From NCBI GenBank assembly GCA_045631305.1, contig JAZQUM010000022.1:1-60350 (forward strand): a DNA stretch of 60,350 nucleotides. Reading direction: 5' to 3'. A model generated the notes under the pieces. That model was not told the origin of the DNA and did not search any database. It saw only the letters and a list, made by a program, of their open reading frames with translations. Positions 29,336 to 37,182 of the stretch are shown piece after piece. The first letter of the stretch is position 1, and every line of letters starts with the position of its first letter. The DNA is from Oscillospiraceae bacterium. GTDB lineage: Bacteria > Bacillota > Clostridia > Oscillospirales > Oscillospiraceae. The position numbers and the translations under genes were made by a program.

Positions 29336-29464
29336 ATTTATCTCCACAAAGGGCTCAAACTCTCATTTTTCAGCTTTTATGGGCAAAAGATACCCATATA
29401 ACGCCAGATTAATTCATTATAACAAAAGAACTCGGAAACAACAAGTGCTTTTCCCCGTGAAAAC

Positions 29465-29495
29465 AAAAAAAGAGAGGCATTCGCCTCTCTTTTTT
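29465..29495 (-). terminator. Rho-independent terminator after rplS
   Basis: AGAGAGGC-attc-GCCTCTCT stem flanked by A/T runs. Confidence 0.75.
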
Positions 29496-29501
29496 GCGGT
29501 C

Positions 29502-29843
29502 TTAAAGCTTTTCCTTAACCTTAGCGCTCTTACCAACGCGATTGCGCAGGTAGTACAGCTTAGCGCGGCGAACGAAGCCGTGACGAACGGTTTCGATCTT
29601 CACGATGGAGGGAGAATGAATGGGGAATACCTTCTCCACGCCGACGCCATAGGAAAGACGACGAACGGTAATGGTTTCTTCGATGCCGCCGTGCTTCTTA
29701 GCAATAACGGTACCTTCGAAGATCTGGACTCTTTCACGAGCGCCTTCCTTTACCTTGACGTGCACCTTAACGGTATCACCAACGGAAACCTGGGGTGCAT
29801 CAGCCTTCATCTGCTTAGCAGACAGTTCCTTGATAAGATCCAT
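29502..29843 (-). CDS. rplS: 50S ribosomal protein L19
   Basis: 113 aa, [34 protein letters not shown]... Confidence 0.95.
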   Translation of the reverse strand: MDLIKELSAKQMKADAPQVSVGDTVKVHVKVKEGARERVQIFEGTVIAKKHGGIEETITVRRLSYGVGVEKVFPIHSPSIVKIETVRHGFVRRAKLYYLRNRVGKSAKVKEKL

Positions 29844-29973
29844 GGATAAATCCTCCTAAAATTATAGGTGTTCGTGCCGTTTTTGAAGGTGCAGCGCATC
29901 TTTTCGCCTGCACACGACAGAGGACCACCCTTTTCAACCATGTTAGAATACCATAGGTATTCACAGATTGCAA
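29844..29973 (-). promoter_or_regulatory. rplS promoter plus a ~95-nt structured leader (possible L19 autoregulatory leader)
   Basis: On the minus strand: TTGCAA (29973-29968), 17-nt spacer, TATTCT (29950-29945). The leader contains a GTGCAG(G)CG...CGCTGCAC hairpin. Assignment to the L19-leader class is not verified. Confidence 0.3.
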
Positions 29974-29990
29974 GCACTTTTTTCAAAAAA

Positions 29991-30653
29991 TCAACGGAAT
30001 TTCTTCATTTCCGCATCCATCACTTCATTGCGGTGCACACGGGCAAAATCGGGTGCAAAATCTGCAAGATGCGTTTCGATGGCCTTCACCAAAAGAGAGG
30101 GATTCAGCCCGGGATTCTGCGCCTGTACCACAACGTGCATCACCACCAGGCCTTCCCTTTCCTCCATTTCCATAGAATGGATCATAGGGCGGATATCCAC
30201 ATCAGCCATAGTCTTGTGCTTGGTCTTTTTCTGGATCACCAGTTCCTCACGGGCAAAAAGTTCCTTCAGCGCATCCACCGCGCCTGCGGGAACACCGTTA
30301 TCATATTCCAGTTCCAGCGTAGCATCCAGATAAGCCATTTCACGGACAGGACGCGTCACTTCATAGCAATCCAGCACTTCAAGGCCCATAGGCATGCCTT
30401 CGTTCAGCTTTTCGGCAACACCGCTGCCATCGCAAAACTGAGTCACTTCAAATTCCATCAGTTCACAGCAGCTGCTCTGGCCCACAGAAAGGGGCAGCAC
30501 GATAGACATGATGGGATGGGGATGGAAACCCTGGGTATGCTTGATCTCAAGACCAACGCGGGGAAAAGCGCGCTGGAAGGTACGGATAAGGTCCAGATGG
30601 GAAATGTAAGAAGCCTGCGCCTCTTTTTTAAAGAGCAGTCTCAGTTTAGACAT
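29991..30653 (-). CDS. TIGR03936-type (DUF2344) radical SAM-associated protein
   Basis: MSKLRLLFKKEAQASYISHLDLIRTFQRAF... is typical of the DUF2344 family. 8-nt overlap with the upstream radical SAM gene. Confidence 0.8.
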   Translation of the reverse strand: MSKLRLLFKKEAQASYISHLDLIRTFQRAFPRVGLEIKHTQGFHPHPIMSIVLPLSVGQSSCCELMEFEVTQFCDGSGVAEKLNEGMPMGLEVLDCYEVTRPVREMAYLDATLELEYDNGVPAGAVDALKELFAREELVIQKKTKHKTMADVDIRPMIHSMEMEEREGLVVMHVVVQAQNPGLNPSLLVKAIETHLADFAPDFARVHRNEVMDAEMKKFR

Positions 30654-32478
30654 CGCACTTGCCTCCTACCAGATGATTTGCGCCGCAGGCATTGCACTTA
30701 GTGCGGCAATCGGCCGTGGTCTCCCCGCGATAGGCCTTTTCACGTTCACGCCACAGATATTCTTCGGTAACGCCGCTGGAAATCATGTGCCAGGGCATCA
30801 CTTCTCCCTTTTCGCGGACGCGGTTTGCATAGAAATGGGGATCCAGACCGCATTCTTCAAAAGCTTCCAGCCAACGGTCCAGACGGAAATATTCTTCCCA
30901 CGCATCCAGCTTGGCGCCCTTGCGCCACACCTTTTCCATCACGGCACACATGCGTCTGTCACCGCGGGCAAGGACTGCTTCCATAAAACTGGTATCAGAA
31001 TCGTGCCAGTTATAGTTCACAGTCTTGGTGTGGATCTCACTGCGCAGCAGATTCACGCGGCGCTCATATTCTTCCTTGGAGATCTGGGGTTCCCACTGGA
31101 AAGCCGTGTGGGGCTTGGGAACGAACCAGGAAGTGGAAACCGTGATGCGGACACCGCGGTTCTTGTTCTTGGCGTATTCACGCCAAGTGTGCATCACATG
31201 GGCTGCGATCTCGGCAATGCCCTTGATGTCTTCGTCCGTTTCGGTGGGAAGGCCCAGCATAAAGTAAAGCTTCACAGAGTTCCAGCCGCTGGCAAAAGCG
31301 CGCTGCAGCGTTGCCATCAGGTCTTCTTCCGTCAGGTTCTTGTTGATCACATCGCGAAGGCGCTGGGTGCCTGCTTCAGGCGCGAAGGTAAGGCCGATCT
31401 TGCGGCCCTTGGCCAGGCGCTCGGTAAGGCCCATAGAGAAGTTATCGGCACGCAGGCTGGGAAGAGACAGAGTAATGTGGCCCTTTTCGCAGAATTCATC
31501 CATATCGTCCACCAGCTGCTCCAGAGGAGGATAGTCGCTGGTGCTGAGAGAGGAAAGGGTCATTTCCTGATAGCCGGAATTGCTGCATGCTTCCATGCCG
31601 TACTGCGCGCAGAGGTCTTTGCTTCTGTTGCGGACAGGGCGATACACATAACCTGCCTGACAGAAGCGGCAGCCGCGGATACAGCCGCGGAAGAGTTCCA
31701 GCATCACGCGGTCCTGCACGATCTCTGTGGAGGGGACGATGGTCTTGGTGGGGAAATAGGACTTGTCCATATCCTGCACGATACGCTTGGTCACCTTGGC
31801 AGGTGCGCCATGGGTAGGCGTAATGGACTTCACGGTACCATCTTCGTTGTAATCAATCTCATAGAGGCTGGGTACATACAGACCGGGGATCTGGGCAGCC
31901 GCGATCAGCAGCTGCTCCTTGCTCCAGCCCTCGCGCTTGGCGCGGCGGTAGAGTTCGATGAGTTCCACCGTTACATCTTCACCTTCGCCAAGGCTCACGA
32001 TGTCGATAAATTCCGCTACAGGCTCAGCATTGTACATACCGGTACCGCCGGCAATCACCAAAGGCGCAAGACCCTTGCGGTCCTTGGCATAAATGGGCAC
32101 ACCTGCAAGATCCAGCATATTAAGGATGCCGGGGAATGCCATTTCGTAACCCACAGAGAAACCGATCATATCAAAGTCACCGATGGGGTCACCGGATTCC
32201 AGCGCAAAGAGAGGAATGCACTCTTTGCGCATTTCCTCTTCCATGTCGCCCCAGGGGGCAAACACACGCTCGCACCATACACCGGGCATGTTATTCATCA
32301 CGCCGTAAAGAATACGCATGCCAAGGTTGGACATGCCGATCTCATATGTATCAGGGAAGCAGAAAGCAAAACGCACTTCCACATCCTTTTTATCCTTCAT
32401 AATGGCATTGTATTCGCCGCCTACATAACGGGCAGGCTTCTGTACCTTGGGAAGGATTCGTTCCAATCTCTTATCCAC
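30646..32478 (-). CDS. TIGR03960-type B12-binding-domain radical SAM protein
   Basis: 610 aa, CxxxCxxC cluster motif CIRGCRFCQAG, GTG start. Confidence 0.85.
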   Translation of the reverse strand: MDKRLERILPKVQKPARYVGGEYNAIMKDKKDVEVRFAFCFPDTYEIGMSNLGMRILYGVMNNMPGVWCERVFAPWGDMEEEMRKECIPLFALESGDPIGDFDMIGFSVGYEMAFPGILNMLDLAGVPIYAKDRKGLAPLVIAGGTGMYNAEPVAEFIDIVSLGEGEDVTVELIELYRRAKREGWSKEQLLIAAAQIPGLYVPSLYEIDYNEDGTVKSITPTHGAPAKVTKRIVQDMDKSYFPTKTIVPSTEIVQDRVMLELFRGCIRGCRFCQAGYVYRPVRNRSKDLCAQYGMEACSNSGYQEMTLSSLSTSDYPPLEQLVDDMDEFCEKGHITLSLPSLRADNFSMGLTERLAKGRKIGLTFAPEAGTQRLRDVINKNLTEEDLMATLQRAFASGWNSVKLYFMLGLPTETDEDIKGIAEIAAHVMHTWREYAKNKNRGVRITVSTSWFVPKPHTAFQWEPQISKEEYERRVNLLRSEIHTKTVNYNWHDSDTSFMEAVLARGDRRMCAVMEKVWRKGAKLDAWEEYFRLDRWLEAFEECGLDPHFYANRVREKGEVMPWHMISSGVTEEYLWREREKAYRGETTADCRTKCNACGANHLVGGKCDV

Positions 32479-32540
32479 AGCAATCTCTCACTTCCATGGT
32501 TATTTTCTTATCGTATCTATTATACGGATTTTAGCCTTTT

Positions 32541-33122
32541 TTACAAGTACCTTTTCCGCATCGGCAGCATCAGACCAACCGCTCCCAGCAGCAAAAATCC
32601 GTTCCCGCCCGTTTTCAGCATGACCCATACGCTGAAAAGAAAGACCGCCGCGGCGCAAAATATCCCTGCCATTCCCGCTACCCTCTCCCCTTTTTCTACC
32701 CCCCCAAACGCGCAAAATGCGGCCCGCAGCATCCTTCCGCCGTCAGATGTTTCAAAGGGTAAAAGATTAAAAACCGCTTGCACCCCATTGATCCCCGCAA
32801 ACAAAGGAAATATATCGCTCTTTTTTGCCAAAAGGGCTGAAAACAGAGCAAGCGCTATGTTGCAAAGGGGGCCTGCCGCCGCGCAGAAAATTTCACGCCC
32901 ATAAGAGAGCGCCATCTCATTTTCGATCTGCATCTCTGCGCCAAAAGCCGTCAGCCGAACACGACGTATCTCCGCCCCACAAATCCGCAAAGCTACATAG
33001 TGAGCCAGTTCATGTAGCGCAACGGAAGGAACAGTAAGCAGAATAACCACGGCATCCATGAAATAATAAGCTGCGGCCAGCAAAAGCCAGAACCCAGCTG
33101 CGATCTCAATCCGCCTGCACAT
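32541..33122 (-). CDS. Short M50 site-2 protease family protein (SpoIVFB-like core, no CBS domain)
   Basis: HELAHY in a TM helix and NLLPFETSDGG. The ATG at 33122 overlaps the M23 gene by 17 nt. A TTG at 33137 with an AAGGGGA SD is an alternative start. Confidence 0.7.
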   Translation of the reverse strand: MCRRIEIAAGFWLLLAAAYYFMDAVVILLTVPSVALHELAHYVALRICGAEIRRVRLTAFGAEMQIENEMALSYGREIFCAAAGPLCNIALALFSALLAKKSDIFPLFAGINGVQAVFNLLPFETSDGGRMLRAAFCAFGGVEKGERVAGMAGIFCAAAVFLFSVWVMLKTGGNGFLLLGAVGLMLPMRKRYL

Positions 33123-33942
33123 AATAAATGGGATCAAGATAAGTTTCCCCTTGGCGAAGCTCAAAATGCAGATGATCCCCCGTGGCAACCCCCGTCTGTC
33201 CCACCTCGGCAATCTTTTCTCCCAAATAAACCTTCTGCCCTGAAGATACATTCAATTTGCTGCAATGGGCATAAAGGGTGGTAACGTCCCCTTCGTGTTC
33301 CACAATAAGATATTTTCCAAGGCTGCTGCTCTCCCCGCAGGCGCTGACAGTTCCTGCCGCAAAAGCACAGATCTCTGTCCCTTCTACTGCAGCAATATCC
33401 ACCCCATAGTGAAATTTCTCCACCCCATCCACAGGGTGCTCACGGTAACCGTAAGGCGAAGTCAGGGTGCCTGCAACAGGCGTGCAGTAATCAAAGCCCA
33501 GCACCGCCTGCTCCAGCGCCGCGTCCTCAGGGGTGTTTTCTTTTGTATAGAGATGCGCAGTAGGCACAACTTCCGTTTGTAACACATCCTCCGTTTCCGG
33601 TACCGCCGCATCTTCCCCTAATACCGCTACCGCTTCCTCTTCTGCACCGAATACCGCCACATACACTTCCTGCACTGCATCCTTCACGCTCTGCTCGCCA
33701 CTGATAGCTTCCCCAATATTTGAAAATACCGCCTGCACATCAATGCTGCTTTCCATCTTTTGGCGCAAAAATACCTGCACCGTTTCCATCTCACGGGGAA
33801 TCACCAATTTCAAAACCACCAACAGCACAAAAATACCGCTGCACACCACAAAACGAATAAACTGCCGAGACACACCATCCGTCTGCTGTTTCTTTCTGCG
33901 CGGTTTTCGCCCCGCCGACACCCTTGCCACTTGATAAGCCAT
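33106..33942 (-). CDS. Membrane-anchored M23 family metallopeptidase
   Basis: N-terminal TM helix. LytM domain with HYGVD (HxxxD) and HLHFE (HxH). Strong SD GGAGGGAGG. Confidence 0.8.
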   Translation of the reverse strand: MAYQVARVSAGRKPRRKKQQTDGVSRQFIRFVVCSGIFVLLVVLKLVIPREMETVQVFLRQKMESSIDVQAVFSNIGEAISGEQSVKDAVQEVYVAVFGAEEEAVAVLGEDAAVPETEDVLQTEVVPTAHLYTKENTPEDAALEQAVLGFDYCTPVAGTLTSPYGYREHPVDGVEKFHYGVDIAAVEGTEICAFAAGTVSACGESSSLGKYLIVEHEGDVTTLYAHCSKLNVSSGQKVYLGEKIAEVGQTGVATGDHLHFELRQGETYLDPIYYVQAD

Positions 33943-33984
33943 ACGCCTCCCTCCTTTTCCATTTATGCTATGAAGAAGGTCAGC

Positions 33985-34015
33985 AAAAAAGCACAGAGCT
34001 TTTGCTCTGTGCTTT
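33985..34015 (-). terminator. Rho-independent terminator after azlD
   Basis: GCACAGAGC-tttt-GCTCTGTGC stem with a U-run on the minus transcript. Confidence 0.75.
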
Positions 34016-34019
34016 CAGA

Positions 34020-34319
34020 TCAAATGAAAATTCCCGTTACAAAGGCAGTTGCTGCAGCAGCCAGCGCCACCACGATCAACGGCAGGCGGCAATAAGCCAG
34101 CACCACCGCCACCACCGCGCCCGCAATAGCCGTGGGCATACTGTTGGTGGAATAGAAAATGGCAGGAATGGTCATAGCACTCAAAACCGCATAGGGAATG
34201 TAATAGAGGAAACCTCTGAAGAAGCGGGAACGGATCTTACGGCGGAACAAGGTAAAGGGAATCATGCGCACAAGGTAAGTAACCCCCGCCATGACAACAA
34301 GATAAATTACAATACTCAT
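34020..34319 (-). CDS. azlD: Branched-chain amino acid transporter permease AzlD
   Basis: About 100 aa, 3-4 TM, MSIVIYLVVMAGVTYLVRMIPF...; starts 2 nt after the azlC stop. Confidence 0.8.
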   Translation of the reverse strand: MSIVIYLVVMAGVTYLVRMIPFTLFRRKIRSRFFRGFLYYIPYAVLSAMTIPAIFYSTNSMPTAIAGAVVAVVLAYCRLPLIVVALAAAATAFVTGIFI

Positions 34320-34320
34320 C

Positions 34321-35022
34321 TTATTCCTCCGTTTCTTCCACAGGGAACAGCACCGCGCCAAGAGCTGCTGCCAAAACAGCGCTGATAATCACAGCAAAGC
34401 CTGCAGAAACCGCGGTAAACACATAGTAAAGGAGAATGCTGACCGCTGCCGCCGCACCGATCACCACCAGTACGCCAAGACTCTTGCGCGCTGCAGGCAG
34501 AATCACCGCAAGAAACATACCGTAAAGCATGATGCCCATGGCATCCGTCACAGAAGTGGGCAGAACATGCCCCGCCATAGCACCAAGCAGTGTACCCCCG
34601 GTCCAGCCGCAAAAGGCAATCATGATCAGCCCATACATATACTGCGGTGTCAGTTTCTCTTCCTGGCTTGCAGACACAGCAAAAATCTCATCGGTGATGC
34701 CGTAAGACACCATCAGACGGTGAGGCGTATTAAAAGCGGGAGAAAGCTTCTGCGAAAGAGAAAGACCCATCAGCGAATAGCGAACATTGATCACCAACTG
34801 CGTCAGCGCCATTTCAACATAAGTGCCTGCCGCCGCGATAACACCTACGCCTGCCACCTGCCCTGCAGAAGTAAGGTTAGTAGCCGAAATCAAAAAGGCG
34901 ATCAGCGGAGAAAGACCTGCGGAAGCCGCAAGAATGCCAAAGCCAAAGCCCACAGAAAGATACCCCAGCGCTACGGGGATGCCGTCTTTCAGGCCTTTGG
35001 CAAAGCACATGTTCCCTTTCAT
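34321..35022 (-). CDS. azlC: Branched-chain amino acid transporter AzlC
   Basis: ...FAKGLKDGIPVALGYLSVGFGFG... Several in-frame ATGs are present. AGGAG lies 9 nt before the ATG at 35022; the ORF is open to 35049. Confidence 0.85.
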   Translation of the reverse strand: MKGNMCFAKGLKDGIPVALGYLSVGFGFGILAASAGLSPLIAFLISATNLTSAGQVAGVGVIAAAGTYVEMALTQLVINVRYSLMGLSLSQKLSPAFNTPHRLMVSYGITDEIFAVSASQEEKLTPQYMYGLIMIAFCGWTGGTLLGAMAGHVLPTSVTDAMGIMLYGMFLAVILPAARKSLGVLVVIGAAAAVSILLYYVFTAVSAGFAVIISAVLAAALGAVLFPVEETEE

Positions 35023-35147
35023 TTCCATCATCTCCTTGTATTGCATCAAAACATGTCAATTATAGCAGAGCCAACAAAAAAGGCAAGTATTCTCCGCCTC
35101 TTTTTCTGCCGCGGTGTCTCCATCTTCTCTACAAACGCATATGCTGT

Positions 35148-35167
35148 ATCGATGGGTAACCATCGAT
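35148..35167 (+). promoter_or_regulatory. Palindrome just upstream of the DUF11-like gene SD
   Basis: ATCGATGG-gtaa-CCATCGAT (8-bp arms), 11 nt before GGAGG. Confidence 0.3.
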
Positions 35168-35189
35168 CAAATTATATTGGAGGAAACTC

Positions 35190-36041
35190 ATGGCAACTTT
35201 TACCAACTTTGCCACATTATCCTATAGCGGCGGCATCACCAATTCCAACACCGTCACAGGTGAACTTCTGGAAACTCTCTCTGTCACCAAGACCGCTGTA
35301 ACAGATAATTATACCGCGCAGGATAATATCACCTATATCATTACCCTTATCAATAGCGGCACCACGCCTTTGACCAACCTCACCCTCACCGATGATCTGG
35401 GTGCGTACACGTTTGTGGAAGGTCCCGTCTACCCTCTCGCATACACCGAAAACTCCTTGCGCTACTATGTAAATGGCACCCTGCAGCCCACACCCGCCGT
35501 TACCGCAGGGCCGCCTCTTGTAATGAGCGGCATCAGCGTGCCTGCCGGCGGGAATGCCACGCTGGTCTATGAAACTTCCGTCACCGCATTTGCGCCTCTC
35601 GCCTCTGCCAGCACCATCACCAATACCGTTACCGTCACCGGCGGTGGTCTGGCTTCTCCCCTTACCGCACAGGAAACCGTCACCGCTGAAAATACCGCCC
35701 AGCTCACCATCAGCAAGGCCGTCTGCCCCGCCGTGGTCGCTGAAAACGGGCAGCTGACCTACACTTTCGTCATTGAAAATCTGGGCAACACCGAAGCCGA
35801 TGCAGCCGATGCAGCCGTCCTTTCTGACATCTTCGATCCCATTCTCGATCCCATCACCGTTTCCTATAACGGTGTCACCTGGACCGAAGGCACCCAGTAC
35901 ACCTATGACGCCACCACAGGAACCTTCGCCACCCTCCCCGGGCAGATCACTGTTCCTGCAGCCACCTACACGCAAAACACCGACGGCACCTGGACCACTA
36001 CTCCCGGCACCGCCGTTCTCACCATCACCGGCACAGTATAA
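35190..36041 (+). CDS. Two-domain DUF11-like (conserved repeat domain) protein without a signal peptide
   Basis: 283 aa, Thr/Val/Asn-rich beta-type sequence. Two units: ...LSVTKTAVTDNYTAQDNITYIITLINSGTTPLTNLTLTD... and ...LTISKAVCPAVVAENGQLTYTFVIENLGNTEA... No N-terminal hydrophobic segment. GGAGG SD. Confidence 0.7.
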   Translation: MATFTNFATLSYSGGITNSNTVTGELLETLSVTKTAVTDNYTAQDNITYIITLINSGTTPLTNLTLTDDLGAYTFVEGPVYPLAYTENSLRYYVNGTLQPTPAVTAGPPLVMSGISVPAGGNATLVYETSVTAFAPLASASTITNTVTVTGGGLASPLTAQETVTAENTAQLTISKAVCPAVVAENGQLTYTFVIENLGNTEADAADAAVLSDIFDPILDPITVSYNGVTWTEGTQYTYDATTGTFATLPGQITVPAATYTQNTDGTWTTTPGTAVLTITGTV

Positions 36042-36046
36042 CGAAG

Positions 36047-36084
36047 AAGAAGGAAACCGTCCATCAGGCGGTTTCCTTCTTTTG
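36047..36084 (+). terminator. Rho-independent terminator after the DUF11-like gene
   Basis: AAGAAGGAAACCG-tccatcagg-CGGTTTCCTTCTT stem, then TTT. Confidence 0.7.
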
Positions 36085-36126
36085 CCTCTCTCTGTAAAAA
36101 GCCTCAGGTTCGCTGAAATCTGCAGC

Positions 36127-36164
36127 AAAAAAAGAAGGAATGGCAAAAGCCATTCCTTCTTTTT
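36127..36164 (-). terminator. Terminator immediately after the tRNA-Pro 3' end (bidirectional shape)
   Basis: GAAGGAATGGC-aaaa-GCCATTCCTTC stem flanked by A7 and T6. Confidence 0.75.
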
Positions 36165-36241
36165 TGGTCGGAGTGTCGGGATTCGAACCCGAGGCCTCTT
36201 GGACCCGAACCAAGCGCGATACCAAACTTCGCCACACCCCG
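36165..36241 (-). tRNA. tRNA-Pro (anticodon CGG), CCA encoded
   Basis: Hand-folded 77-nt cloverleaf: CGGGGTG TG GCGA AGTTTGGTA TCGC G CTTGG TTCGGGT CCAAG AGGCC TCGGG TTCGAAT CCCGA CACTCCG A CCA. Confidence 0.9.
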
Positions 36242-36253
36242 AAAGCCTTATTT

Positions 36254-36282
36254 ATTATATGGATTTTTTCAAAAGGTGTCAA
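36254..36282 (-). promoter_or_regulatory. Consensus sigma-A promoter of tRNA-Pro
   Basis: On the minus strand: TTGACA (36282-36277), 17-nt spacer, TATAAT (36259-36254), 12 nt before the tRNA 5' end. Confidence 0.65.
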
Positions 36283-36506
36283 GGAAAAGAATGACGAAGA
36301 GCCCCAAGGCCTTGATACACCTACCATAACATAATTTAAACAAAACCGCCTCAGTATTCCCCAAATCGCAACCACTAAAGCGGTTTTTAATTTGATTAAA
36401 TTTAATCGATTTCAACTTCTCATTTCACCACTTTTTCTGCAAAATCTGCACGGACCATGGTGCAACAAAAATCGCCTGTTGGAATATTACACTGAAGTCT
36501 AATTGC

Positions 36507-36548
36507 CAAAAGATCTCCGTCAGCTTTATTCGCCGACGGAGATCTTTC
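36507..36548 (-). terminator. Terminator closing the pilus operon
   Basis: AGATCTCCGTC / GACGGAGATCT 11-bp stem, 13-nt loop, then TTTTGG on the minus transcript, 8 nt after the sortase stop. Confidence 0.6.
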
Positions 36549-36556
36549 TATCATTC

Positions 36557-37180
36557 TTATGCTTCCGGGGCTGCAACACGCTCACAGCGTACTGTGACGC
36601 GAGCCTTGCCGCCATAATTGCAAGTAAAAAGGGACAAATCGTAGCCACTATTCACCATGCCTTCAATATCCGTTGCTGCCACGGTGTAGATTTCTTTCAC
36701 TTCAAAGAAGGTCTGTTTCCCTTCCAGATCCGTAAACACGATACTCTCACCGATGGACAGCGTGCTCAAGCCACTGAAATGTCTCTTATAGTTGTGACCC
36801 GCGATGACGAATTCGCCATCCTGCAGCGTGCCGGAATAGCGGCAGGGAGAAGTTTTCAGCTTTTCCGTGCTCCAATCGCTCTGTATCGGCAAGATCTTCT
36901 CCAGCGCAGGAATGGTCAGCACGCCCATGTAATAAGCGCCATCCAGTTCTGCAACCTGCAAACGCTCAGCATTGTAGCCATCTTCCACATCCAGGATGTC
37001 CATTCCGTCTCCCTGGATGCTTTCCACGATAGCTATCGCTGCAGCATCGCTCTGCACACCCGCCTGATAATCAACCCACAGATTGTAACCAAAAAGGCCA
37101 CCGGCACCCAGAATCAAAACAAGACCCAGCAGGATGCAAATCTTACCTGCGGACAGCCGCTTTTTCTGATTCTGCTCCAT
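36557..37180 (-). CDS. Sortase (non-class-C; candidate cell-wall anchoring sortase of the pilus locus)
   Basis: N-terminal TM anchor and catalytic triad contexts VIAGHNY, LFTCNYGG and RVTVRCE. Starts 2 nt after the base pilin stop. Confidence 0.8.
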   Translation of the reverse strand: MEQNQKKRLSAGKICILLGLVLILGAGGLFGYNLWVDYQAGVQSDAAAIAIVESIQGDGMDILDVEDGYNAERLQVAELDGAYYMGVLTIPALEKILPIQSDWSTEKLKTSPCRYSGTLQDGEFVIAGHNYKRHFSGLSTLSIGESIVFTDLEGKQTFFEVKEIYTVAATDIEGMVNSGYDLSLFTCNYGGKARVTVRCERVAAPEA

Positions 37181-37182
37181 AA

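Noticed and set aside
30673-32904. 743-aa plus-strand ORF
   Set aside because: It is antisense to the TIGR03960 radical SAM gene, whose CxxxCxxC motif and family-typical sequence identify the true strand.
36064-36375. 103-aa minus-strand ORF and 64-aa plus-strand ORF
   Set aside because: They overlap the tRNA-Pro gene, its promoter and its terminators, so they are not coding.
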